The notes beneath the pieces are model-generated. The model ran no database searches. It saw nothing but the letters and a program-made list of their open reading frames with translations, and was not told where the DNA came from. Shown here one piece after another: positions 10,254 through 18,469 of a stretch of 47,135 nt of DNA. Within the stretch, counting starts at the first letter, position 1, and each line of letters opens with the position of its first letter. Source of the stretch: Pseudomonadota bacterium (GTDB lineage Bacteria; Pseudomonadota; Alphaproteobacteria; Rhodobacterales; Rhodobacteraceae); assembly GCA_039195015.1 (NCBI GenBank), contig JBCCVT010000001.1, positions 1-47,135 on the forward strand, read 5' to 3'. A program made the position numbers and the translations under genes.

Positions 10254-11653
10254 AGCAGCACCAGCGACGCGAAGCCAAGAAACGAAAAAAATCCCATCAT
10301 ATCCGTCGTCGTCGTCACAAAGGTGCCTGATGCCAGCGCCGGGTCCACGCCCATCCGGTCAAGCACGACGGGCACCACCGTCCCCGCGAGACCCGCAATC
10401 ACCATATTCAGAACCAAAGCGGCCGCGATTACGAGACCCAGCAGCGGCAAGCCGAACCAAGCCGTGACGAGGCCGCCCATGATCACTGCAAAGGCGAGGC
10501 CGTTCAAAAGCCCGACGGCCACTTCGCGGCGGATGACGCGCCAGACATTGGCTCTGGTCAGGTCCTTGGTGGCAAGCGCGCGCACCGCAACGGTTAGCGT
10601 TTGCGTCGCCGCATTGCCCCCCATTGAGGCCACGATCGGCATCAGAATAGCCAGCGCCACAAGCGCCGCGATGGCGGCATCAAACTGGGAAATCACGACC
10701 GAAGACAGGATCGCGGCGCCCAAGTTCACGCACAGCCACGGCAGCCGCGACTTCGACGTATCAAGTACGCGGTCCGACAGTGAGCTTTCGCTCACACCGG
10801 CTAACCTCAGCATGTCCTCTTCATGTTCTTCGTCGAGCACCACCATCGCGTCGTCGATGGTGATCACCCCGACGAGCCGCCCGTCTTCATCCACGACCGG
10901 AGCCGAAATCAGATGGTACTGGTTGAAGGCATAAGCAACGTCTCCCTCATATTGCGTGACTGGAATGGTCTGGAACACTTCTTCGGTGATGTCGGCGAGC
11001 TGAACCTCGCGCTTGGACCGCATGATTTTGCCCAGCGTAACGTTTCCGACCGGTCTCAGACGCGGATCGACGAGGATCAGGTGATAGAACTGCTGCGGAA
11101 GGTCTTCGCTAGCTCGCAGGAAATCGATCGCATCCCCGACATTCCAGTGTTCGGGGGCCATTACCACCTCGCGCTGCATCAACCGACCGGCGGAAAACTC
11201 AGGGTAGGACAGCGACTGTTCCACCGCCATCCTGTCGGCATCCGGCAGCGCGTCCAGAATGGCCTCTTGCTGAGGCTCATCCAGGTCTTCGACCAGATCG
11301 ACAACGTCGTCGCTGTCCAGTTCGCGCACCGCCTCGGCCAGTGTCTGCGGTTGGAGGACGGACATGACTTCGGTGCGGACGGCGTCATCAAGCTCCGAGA
11401 GAAGCTCACCGTCAAATTCCCCCTCATAAAGCCGCACAAGACGCGCGCGATCGAACGGGTTGATCTGTTCCAGAAGGTCAGCAATGTCAGCAGCGTGAAG
11501 CGGTGCCATGAGTTTGGAAAGCTGGGCGCGGTCATCGACATCGACCGCATAGAGGATTGCGGCAACGGCCTTGCGATCCAGAACGTAGGCGTCGTCCTCG
11601 CGTCCGCTGTCCTGCTCGGGCTGCGGCAGGTCCTGATCGGTGTCAGTCGTCAT
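10250..11653 (-). CDS. mgtE: Magnesium transporter MgtE
   Basis: It has the MgtE N-domain, tandem CBS region and C-terminal TM domain (...PVVDEDGRLVGVITIDD..., ...GGNAATQTLTV..., ...SGTFVTTTTDMMGFFSFLG). The start was chosen at ATG 11653, preceded by AAGGGGG. Confidence 0.9.
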   Translation of the reverse strand: MTTDTDQDLPQPEQDSGREDDAYVLDRKAVAAILYAVDVDDRAQLSKLMAPLHAADIADLLEQINPFDRARLVRLYEGEFDGELLSELDDAVRTEVMSVLQPQTLAEAVRELDSDDVVDLVEDLDEPQQEAILDALPDADRMAVEQSLSYPEFSAGRLMQREVVMAPEHWNVGDAIDFLRASEDLPQQFYHLILVDPRLRPVGNVTLGKIMRSKREVQLADITEEVFQTIPVTQYEGDVAYAFNQYHLISAPVVDEDGRLVGVITIDDAMVVLDEEHEEDMLRLAGVSESSLSDRVLDTSKSRLPWLCVNLGAAILSSVVISQFDAAIAALVALAILMPIVASMGGNAATQTLTVAVRALATKDLTRANVWRVIRREVAVGLLNGLAFAVIMGGLVTAWFGLPLLGLVIAAALVLNMVIAGLAGTVVPVVLDRMGVDPALASGTFVTTTTDMMGFFSFLGFASLVLL

Positions 11654-11784
11654 GAATGCCCCCTTGGTGATTGCCCGCAAAATAGAAGAAGCTGATGGTC
11701 AAAAACAATGACAATGGCGCAATTTACCCCAGGGCGGCGGGACCTTAGGCTGACTACGGTTGCGGCGGTGAAGAAAGCAGGCAT

Positions 11785-13089
11785 ATGACTTCTGAAAGTG
11801 TTCTGACGGGACGGGTTCTGTCCTTTATCGCGTCGCCCTTTGACGGAGACCCGGCCGGGTCGGCCCAAGTGCACGAGGCGGTGCTAATCCGGGACGGCAA
11901 GGTGGCGCAGGTTGGAGCGCGTGACGCGGTTCAGGCCGAGGCTCCGGACGCAACCGTCACCGACTACGGCGAACACGTGATCTTGGCCGGTTTCATTGAC
12001 GCCCATGCTCATTATCCGCAGACCGCGATCATTGCGAGCTGGGGCAAGCGGCTCATCGATTGGCTGAACACCTATACCTTCCCCGAGGAAATGCGATTCG
12101 AGGATCCCAACTATGCCGCGCGGATCGCAACCCGGTACTTCGATCTCGTCCTGTCGAACGGGACCACGAGCGTCTGCAGCTATTGCACGATCCATCCCTC
12201 CAGCGTGGATGCGTTTTTCGCCGAAGCGCAGCGACGTGGATTGCGCGTGGCGGGTGGCAAGACATGCATGGACCGCAATGCTCCGGATGGCCTGCGCGAC
12301 ACAGCAGTCAGCGCCTACGACGACAGCAAGGCACTGATGAACCGCTGGCATGGCCAAGACCGTTTGTCTTACACAATCACGCCGCGCTTTTCGCCAACCT
12401 CGACGCCCGAGCAGCTATCGGTGCTTGGCGCGCTTTGGGCCGAAAACCCGGATCTGCGGATGCAGACGCATCTGAGCGAGCAGTTGGATGAAATTGCCTG
12501 GGTCAAGTCACTCTATCCGACAGCGCGCGACTACCTCGACACCTATGAAGCGCATGGACTTCTCGCTCCCGGAGCGATGTATGGACACGCGATCCATCTG
12601 GAGCCACGTGAACGCGACCGGCTTCGTGAGGTTGGCGCGACACTGATCCACTGCCCGACATCGAACGCCTTTATCGGCTCAGGTCTTTTTGACATGGGCG
12701 GGCTTATGGACAAAGGCCAGAGGGTGGGGTTGGCGACGGACACCGGCGGCGGCTCCAGTTTCTCGATGTTGCGCACAATGGCCGCAGCCTACGACATCGC
12801 CCAATTGCGTGGGACGGCGCTGCACCCCGCGCAGTTACTCTGGCTGGCCACGCAAGGCTCGGCACAAGCCATGGGGGCCGAGGCACAGATCGGCAACATC
12901 GCCCCGGGCATGGAGGCGGATTTGGTGATCCTCAACCTGGCATCGACACCGGCGATCGCGCAGCGCAATGCGCGTGCCGAGGATATCTGGGAGGCTCTTT
13001 TTCCCACGATCATGATGGGTGACGACCGGGCGGTACATGATGTTTGGATCGCGGGACGTCGGCTCGGTGAAGGCGCGGCTGATTCTTGA
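11785..13089 (+). CDS. guaD: Guanine deaminase
   Basis: The 434-aa amidohydrolase carries FIDAHAHYPQTAIIASWGKRLIDWLNTYTFPEE, the typical guanine deaminase signature, followed by HLSE... Confidence 0.85.
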   Translation: MTSESVLTGRVLSFIASPFDGDPAGSAQVHEAVLIRDGKVAQVGARDAVQAEAPDATVTDYGEHVILAGFIDAHAHYPQTAIIASWGKRLIDWLNTYTFPEEMRFEDPNYAARIATRYFDLVLSNGTTSVCSYCTIHPSSVDAFFAEAQRRGLRVAGGKTCMDRNAPDGLRDTAVSAYDDSKALMNRWHGQDRLSYTITPRFSPTSTPEQLSVLGALWAENPDLRMQTHLSEQLDEIAWVKSLYPTARDYLDTYEAHGLLAPGAMYGHAIHLEPRERDRLREVGATLIHCPTSNAFIGSGLFDMGGLMDKGQRVGLATDTGGGSSFSMLRTMAAAYDIAQLRGTALHPAQLLWLATQGSAQAMGAEAQIGNIAPGMEADLVILNLASTPAIAQRNARAEDIWEALFPTIMMGDDRAVHDVWIAGRRLGEGAADS

Positions 13090-13147
13090 ACGGGCCACAA
13101 AACGCGTGGGAAAACCGGACGTGACCTTCGACGCTGAACGTCCGATT

Positions 13148-14488
13148 TCAGGCCCTGATTTTGTCGACCAGTTGACGCTGACGCTCCAGAACTCTTGGGA
13201 GGTCGATGGTGACGATCCGGCCGTCTTCCACCACGAACCGCCCGTTGACCAACAGGTCTCGCACCCGCGTCGGGCCAGCCAGCAGCAAGGCGGCCGGATC
13301 CCAACTGCCCGACATCTCAACCCCGCGCGTGTCCCAGACGGCAATGTCCGCACATTTGCCAGGCTCCAGACGCCCGCAATCCGGACGGCCAAGAATATCC
13401 GCCCCGCCACGCGTTGCGATGTCAAGCGCTTCGCGTGCGCTCATCGCATCTGCGCCTTGTGCCACCCGCTGCAAGAGCATCGCCTGACGCGCCTCGACCA
13501 TGAGGTTGCCGATGTCGTTGCTGGCCGAACCGTCTACCCCAAGCCCGACACGAACGCCCCGGTCACGCATCGCGCGGACCCGAGCGACTCCGCTGCCCAG
13601 CCGGCAGTTCGAGCAGGGGCAATGAGCAACACCGGTATGCGTTCTGGCGAAAAGGCCGATTTCAGCCTCGTTCAGTTTCACGCAATGCGCGTGCCAGACA
13701 TCCGCGCCCGTCCAACCCAGTTCTTGCGCATATTCGCCCGGTCGGCAGCCGAAGGTTTCAAGAGAATAGGCCACGTCCTGGTCGTTCTCGGCCAGATGCG
13801 TATGCAGCATGACCGACTTATCACGGGCCAGCCGTGCCGCATCGCGCATCAAACCGCGGCTGACAGAAAATGGAGAGCAGGGGGCGACACCGACGCGCAG
13901 CATTGCGCCGTCACGGGCATCGTGAAAACGGTCAATCAAACGAATGCTGTCGTCAAGGATGTCCGATTCACGCTCTACCAGCGCGTCGGGTGGCAGGCCG
14001 CCGTCGCTCTCGCCGATGCTCATGGCACCGCGCGTGGGGTGGAACCTCAGGCCGATTTCGGCGGCGGCAGCGATAGTGTCGTCCAGCTTGGCACCATTGG
14101 GAAACAGGTAGAGATGATCCGCGGTCATCGAACACCCACCAAGCGCCAGTTCGGCAAGGCCTGTAAGCGCGGAGACGTAGATCTCCTCGGGTCCGAAGCG
14201 CGCCCATATCGGATAGAGCGTCTGCAACCAGCCAAAGAGCAACGCGTCCTGAGCCTCAGGCACTGCGCGCGTCAACGACTGGAACAGATGATGATGCGTG
14301 TTGACAAGGCCGGGGGTAACGACGCAGCCCGCCGCGTTCACGACCAGGGCCGCGTCATCGGGCATAGTACTCCCAATCTCGACAATTACGCCATCGCGGA
14401 TGAGCATATCTGCCTGGGTCAACTCCCGTCGCTCCGCATCCATCGTGAGTATGATGTCGGCATTCTTGAGCAGGATCGGTTGGGTCAT
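13148..14488 (-). CDS. 8-oxoguanine deaminase-like amidohydrolase
   Basis: The 446-aa product shows GLVNTHHHLFQSLTR, HTHLAEN and GVDGSASND, which fit the cytosine/8-oxoguanine/isoxanthopterin deaminase subgroup. The exact substrate cannot be read from the sequence. Confidence 0.7.
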   Translation of the reverse strand: MTQPILLKNADIILTMDAERRELTQADMLIRDGVIVEIGSTMPDDAALVVNAAGCVVTPGLVNTHHHLFQSLTRAVPEAQDALLFGWLQTLYPIWARFGPEEIYVSALTGLAELALGGCSMTADHLYLFPNGAKLDDTIAAAAEIGLRFHPTRGAMSIGESDGGLPPDALVERESDILDDSIRLIDRFHDARDGAMLRVGVAPCSPFSVSRGLMRDAARLARDKSVMLHTHLAENDQDVAYSLETFGCRPGEYAQELGWTGADVWHAHCVKLNEAEIGLFARTHTGVAHCPCSNCRLGSGVARVRAMRDRGVRVGLGVDGSASNDIGNLMVEARQAMLLQRVAQGADAMSAREALDIATRGGADILGRPDCGRLEPGKCADIAVWDTRGVEMSGSWDPAALLLAGPTRVRDLLVNGRFVVEDGRIVTIDLPRVLERQRQLVDKIRA

Positions 14489-14616
14489 GCGCTGATCTGG
14501 TCCGAGCCCGCTTCGAATTCCATATGATGCACTGCCGGAAGTCGGGAAAAGATCGCAGCGCGCCCGTCCGACGCTAGGTCAATCTGAAGGTCAACGCAAC
14601 CATAGGTGGAGTGAGC

Positions 14617-15408
14617 CTAGGCAGAATGGAGCACATCCAGCGCTTTCTCATGAAGTGCCGAGTTGGCTGCCGCGAGCACGCGCCCGCCCTGATGGACCGG
14701 GCGCCCTTCCCAGTCGGTAACGACGCCGCCGGCGGCCTCGATCACCGCAATGGGCGCCTGAATATCGTAAGGCTGCAACCCGGCTTCGATCACCAGATCC
14801 GCCTGCCCTGCCGCAACCAGCGCATACGCGTAGCAGTCCATTCCGTACCGAGTCAGCCGCACCTTGGCCGACACCGATTGGAACCCTGCACGGTCCTGAG
14901 GCGTGCCGACCTCCGGGAAGGTCGTGAAAAGGATCGCCTGATCCAGACTGTCGGTCGCGCGCGTTCGCAAGACCGTCGTCCCGAGCGGGCCAATGCATTC
15001 CGCGCGACCGTCAAAACCCCAGAACCGTTCACCGATATAGGGTTGGTCGATAACGCCCAGGCCCGGCCCATCAGTATCCGACAAAGCAATCAGCACGCCC
15101 CAGGTCGGGGTGCCGCTGATGAAACCGCGCGTTCCATCAATCGGGTCCAACACCCAAGTCCGGCCGCTCGGGCCATTTTGTGCGCCGAATTCCTCGCCCA
15201 GAATGCCATCTTCCGGGCAGGTCTCGGCAAGGATATCGCGCATGGCTTTCTCCGCAGCGCGATCTGCCACGGTAACCGGATCAAAGCCGGTTGATGCCTT
15301 GTTTTCAGCTTCGACGTTAGAAGACCTGAACAACGGCAAAATGGCTGCGCGGGCCGCATCGGCCATGCGCAGCGCCGTCTCCAGATCCTGCATCGTAAAA
15401 TGGCGCAT
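14617..15408 (-). CDS. Inositol monophosphatase family protein (HisN-type histidinol-phosphatase-like)
   Basis: IMPase family motifs are present: DPVTVADRAAE, WVLDPIDGTRGFISG and WDIQAPIAVIEAAGG-like. Confidence 0.75.
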   Translation of the reverse strand: MRHFTMQDLETALRMADAARAAILPLFRSSNVEAENKASTGFDPVTVADRAAEKAMRDILAETCPEDGILGEEFGAQNGPSGRTWVLDPIDGTRGFISGTPTWGVLIALSDTDGPGLGVIDQPYIGERFWGFDGRAECIGPLGTTVLRTRATDSLDQAILFTTFPEVGTPQDRAGFQSVSAKVRLTRYGMDCYAYALVAAGQADLVIEAGLQPYDIQAPIAVIEAAGGVVTDWEGRPVHQGGRVLAAANSALHEKALDVLHSA

Positions 15409-15458
15409 TCTGCGCCAGTGCCATTCTTAAAGGCTTAATGCAAGCTTGACCGAGGCTT

Positions 15459-15845
15459 TCAAGCGACGTCGCTCAGAACCCGGGCCAGTTCAAACAATCT
15501 GCGCCGCTGGTTTTCAGGGATCGCGTAATACGACCGAACCAGATCCAGCGCTTCCTTGTCGCCCATGAGATCGGGCGGAACCATTGATTTGCCTTCGGCA
15601 GCCACAGTTTCGGCTGGAGCATCGTCCCCTTGCAGGCCCTCAAAGAAGAAGCTCACAGGCACATCCAAGGCGTCGGCAATATCCCACAAACGCGATGCGC
15701 TGATGCGATTGGCTCCGGTCTCGTACTTCTGGATTTGCTGGAACTTAATCCCGACACGTTCTGCAAGCTGTTGTTGAGTCATCCCAACCAGCCAGCGCCG
15801 GTGTCTTACGCGTTTGCCCACATGAACATCAACGGGATGGGTCAT
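15459..15845 (-). CDS. XRE-family helix-turn-helix transcriptional regulator (widely conserved alphaproteobacterial type)
   Basis: The product reads VGKRVRHRRWLVGMTQQQLAERVGIKFQQIQKYETGANRISASRLWDIADALDVPVSFFFEG. An AGGAG Shine-Dalgarno precedes the ATG. Confidence 0.85.
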   Translation of the reverse strand: MTHPVDVHVGKRVRHRRWLVGMTQQQLAERVGIKFQQIQKYETGANRISASRLWDIADALDVPVSFFFEGLQGDDAPAETVAAEGKSMVPPDLMGDKEALDLVRSYYAIPENQRRRLFELARVLSDVA

Positions 15846-16161
15846 GCGTTTCTCCTCTTTCTACTGGTTAACGGGCCGGGGCTCGCGTCATGCCCAGCAC
15901 ATGAACATTACAATGCGCCGGTGACGTTCTGTCGTTCAAGTCGTTCCCAAACCGCACCTCGGAGGCATGATAACGGCTTTTTGGTTGAGTGCAAGCTCCA
16001 TCACTCGACTAACACGAGTGCCGTGACCAATTTACCCAATTCGGTAAGAAATCGCCTAATAGGCGCGTGTAACAAAGTTAAGAAATGCTATTCACTGTGT
16101 CGATTAAGCTATTGGTGACAAAGTATGTAACCGAAACCGGCAGCACATCAAGGAGACAGGC

Positions 16162-17121
16162 GTGCGCGCAATTCAAGTCTTTTCCACAGGCGGCCCGGCG
16201 GTTTTGGCAGATGTCGAGCGACCGGCCTTGGCGCCTGGAAAAATACGTGTTGAAATAAGAGCTTGCGGACTTAACTTTGCTGATCTGCTCATGCAGAAGG
16301 GGACATACCAGGATACGCCCGAGGTTCCCTTTACGCTGGGGCTGGAGTTGGCGGGTAATGTAGTTGAAATCGCCGATGACGTGGCGGCGTTTTCGATGGG
16401 CGATCGCGTAATGGTGTTTTCCGGTCAGGGCGGATTGGCCGAGGAAGGCGTATTCGATGCCGCCCGTGCGCTGGTGATACCGGATGAGATGAGCTTTGAA
16501 CACGCGGCAGCCTTTCCGATCGCATATGGCACAGGTCACATCGCTCTGGATCACCGCGCTCGGCTGCAGCCGGGCGAAACGCTGCTCGTGACCGGAGCCG
16601 CCGGTGGCGTTGGTCTGACGGCTGTCGAACTTGCTAAATTGATGGGCGCGCGAGTGATCGCTCATGCGCGTGGAAAGGATAAGCTTGAGATCGCCCGGAT
16701 CGCCGGTGCCGACGAAGTGATCGACGATGCCGAAGACCTGCGCGCGCGCCTCAAGGAATTGGGCGGGATTGATGTGCTGTATGACGCGGTTGGAGGGCCG
16801 GTATTCACTGCCGCATTTCGCGCCGCCAATCCCGAGGCTCGGCTGCTCCCCATCGGCTTTGCCAGTGGTGACGTGCCACAGATCCCGGCCAATCACCTAC
16901 TGGTCAAGAACCTCTCCGTCATCGGTTTCTATATTGGCGCTTACCTGTCCTTTCGGCCCGAGGTCTTTCGCGAAAGCCTGCGGACCCTGATCAACTGGTA
17001 TGTACAAGGCAAACTCAAACCGCCTGTCAGCCACGTTCTGCCGCTCGACCGGGCTCAGGACGGGTTCGAGTTGCTGCGAAGCCGCCAGGCAACCGGCAAG
17101 ATTGTTGTTACGCCGAACTGA
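16162..17121 (+). CDS. NADPH:quinone oxidoreductase / zinc-independent MDR family
   Basis: The 319-aa product has a GTG start after AAGGAGA and shows ...ACGLNFADLLMQKGTYQ..., ...LVTGAAGGVGLTAVELAK... and a C-terminal ...ATGKIVV. Confidence 0.85.
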   Translation: MRAIQVFSTGGPAVLADVERPALAPGKIRVEIRACGLNFADLLMQKGTYQDTPEVPFTLGLELAGNVVEIADDVAAFSMGDRVMVFSGQGGLAEEGVFDAARALVIPDEMSFEHAAAFPIAYGTGHIALDHRARLQPGETLLVTGAAGGVGLTAVELAKLMGARVIAHARGKDKLEIARIAGADEVIDDAEDLRARLKELGGIDVLYDAVGGPVFTAAFRAANPEARLLPIGFASGDVPQIPANHLLVKNLSVIGFYIGAYLSFRPEVFRESLRTLINWYVQGKLKPPVSHVLPLDRAQDGFELLRSRQATGKIVVTPN

Positions 17122-17992
17122 CGATCCGCGGCCGGCTGGGCACCAGCGACTGGAAGGCCGAGCGCAAAAGTGCCGCCAATTCACTCACCAAGATCGGATT
17201 GCCCGTCTCAGCCGTGTAGAGGTTGATCATCTGCACCGGCAAATCCGGCAAGACGTTGCCATGTTCGATCTGCACCAAATGCGGCGGTTCTGTTCCGTCG
17301 ATCATGGTGTGAATGGCGAGGTCGGCGCTAACGGTGGCTTCGATCGTGCGGTCCGAATCCGTTTCGACCGCAAGTTCCCATGGAATGTTTGCGGTGTCCA
17401 ACGCCTCGATCACGCGCGGGCGGAAGGTGCAGTATCGACCAAAGGCAAGGCGCAGCGGTCGTTGACGCCAGGCTGAACCGCCGGGAGCGCCGATCCACCG
17501 CAGCGGCAACTCTGCAAGCGTTTCGCATCCCGCGTCGACATCAGTTTCCGTCGTGAGGATCAGGTCGCATTCGCCCTTCGCGTATTGCTCCTTGAGCGCC
17601 TTGGTGAACGAGGATTGCAGCGACACGCGTACACGCGGAAAGGCGGCATGAAACTGCTGCAACACGCGGGGGATGGCAGGATAGACAATGTCGTGGGGCA
17701 CGCCCAGCATCACCTCGCCCTCAAAAGCCTGGTCGGTCAGCCGCCCAATGACCTCGTCGTTCAGAGACACCATCCGGCGTGCATAGACCAACAGCTGTTC
17801 CCCCGCCGCGGTGAGCGCGATCCCCCTGCCCGACCGGTCAAGAAGTTCGAGCCCAAGGAGCTCTTCAAGCCGCTTCAGCTGCATCGATACAGCCGACTGG
17901 GTGAGATGCAAGAAACCCGCCGCGCGGGTGACACCGCCAGAATCCGCCACCGCGACAAACGAGCGCAACGTAGTGATGTCGAGATTTCGCAT
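17108..17992 (-). CDS. LysR-family transcriptional regulator
   Basis: From ATG 17992 the product reads MRNLDITTLRSFVAVADSGGVTRAAGFLHLTQSAVSMQLKRLEE. Its 3' end overlaps the convergent qor gene by 14 nt. Confidence 0.85.
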   Translation of the reverse strand: MRNLDITTLRSFVAVADSGGVTRAAGFLHLTQSAVSMQLKRLEELLGLELLDRSGRGIALTAAGEQLLVYARRMVSLNDEVIGRLTDQAFEGEVMLGVPHDIVYPAIPRVLQQFHAAFPRVRVSLQSSFTKALKEQYAKGECDLILTTETDVDAGCETLAELPLRWIGAPGGSAWRQRPLRLAFGRYCTFRPRVIEALDTANIPWELAVETDSDRTIEATVSADLAIHTMIDGTEPPHLVQIEHGNVLPDLPVQMINLYTAETGNPILVSELAALLRSAFQSLVPSRPRIVSSA

Positions 17993-18115
17993 TATCACAA
18001 ACCTTGATCTATCAGCGCACAAACATTCGTTTTCAATATGAAACACGAGATGCCATTTATATCAAGAACTTTGATGCAACTGCATTGAACCATCACGCTA
18101 ACCGAGGATGACACA

Positions 18116-18322
18116 ATGACGTTCCTGACCGACACACGTGCCACAAGTGCCCGTCAAAACAAGGGGTTCGGACTGTCCCGTGCCCTTGATGTCTGGCGTC
18201 AGCGCCAACATCTCAAAGCGCTCGACGACCAAGCGCTGAGCGATATCGGTGTCTCGCGCGCCCAAGCGCAGCGTGAAGCCACCAGACCGATCTGGGACGT
18301 GCCGGAAACCTGGCGCTGCTGA
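18116..18322 (+). CDS. DUF1127 domain small protein
   Basis: The 68-aa product contains ...WRQRQHLKALDDQALSDIGVSRAQAQREA..., the arginine-rich DUF1127/YjiS-type core. It lies divergent from the LysR gene, with GAGGA 7 nt upstream of the ATG. Confidence 0.75.
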   Translation: MTFLTDTRATSARQNKGFGLSRALDVWRQRQHLKALDDQALSDIGVSRAQAQREATRPIWDVPETWRC

Positions 18323-18380
18323 ACAAAGCGGTTTCAAACCGTGTTTTGGTCAAATTCAGGCCATCCGAACGCCGGAATCC

Positions 18381-18409
18381 CTTGAAAAACGTGCATCTCC
18401 GACCGATAT
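18381..18409 (+). promoter_or_regulatory. Candidate sigma-32 (RpoH)-type promoter
   Basis: CTTGAA (18381-18386), a 16-nt spacer, then CCGATAT (18403-18409). This resembles CTTGAA -35 / CC.AT.T -10 heat-shock promoters. It was matched by eye only. Confidence 0.25.
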
Positions 18410-18420
18410 TTCGGTCAATG

Positions 18421-18455
18421 GCCGCCGAAGGCTTCTTCGGCGGTACGGCTGTTTT
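18421..18455 (+). terminator. Strong stem-loop plus short T-run between the DUF1127 gene and the BI-1 gene
   Basis: gccgccgaag (18421-18430) and cttcggcggt (18435-18444) form a 9-10 bp GC-rich stem with a 4-nt loop. tgtttt follows 6 nt later. It ends 15 nt before the BI-1 start codon. Confidence 0.3.
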
Positions 18456-18469
18456 GAATGGAGAGCTAG

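Noticed and set aside
9048-10934. 628-aa + strand ORF spanning the ymdB-like, MTHFS and mgtE loci
   Set aside because: It lies antisense to three well-supported minus-strand genes. Its composition is low complexity (R/P/A/S-rich) and it has no recognisable motif. It is a high-GC shadow ORF.
13019-14527. 502-aa + strand ORF
   Set aside because: It lies antisense to the 8-oxoguanine-deaminase-like gene, whose amidohydrolase motifs are clear. The + frame has no motif and biased composition.
15961-16026. 19-codon ORF (MITAFWLSASSITRLTRVP) after a GGAGG in the XRE/qor spacer
   Set aside because: The GGAGG is only 1 nt from the ATG, a non-functional spacing, and the peptide has no notable features. 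It is probably fortuitous.
16078-16896. 272-aa minus-strand ORF overlapping qor
   Set aside because: It lies antisense to the quinone oxidoreductase gene, which has clear MDR/Rossmann motifs. It has no SD and no recognisable domain.
18323-18469. CcsR/cuckoo-type sRNAs, which follow a DUF1127 gene in Rhodobacter sphaeroides
   Set aside because: No hairpin loop here carries the CCUCCUCCC-type anti-SD motif, so I do not call that family. The structured spacer is reported only as an open question.
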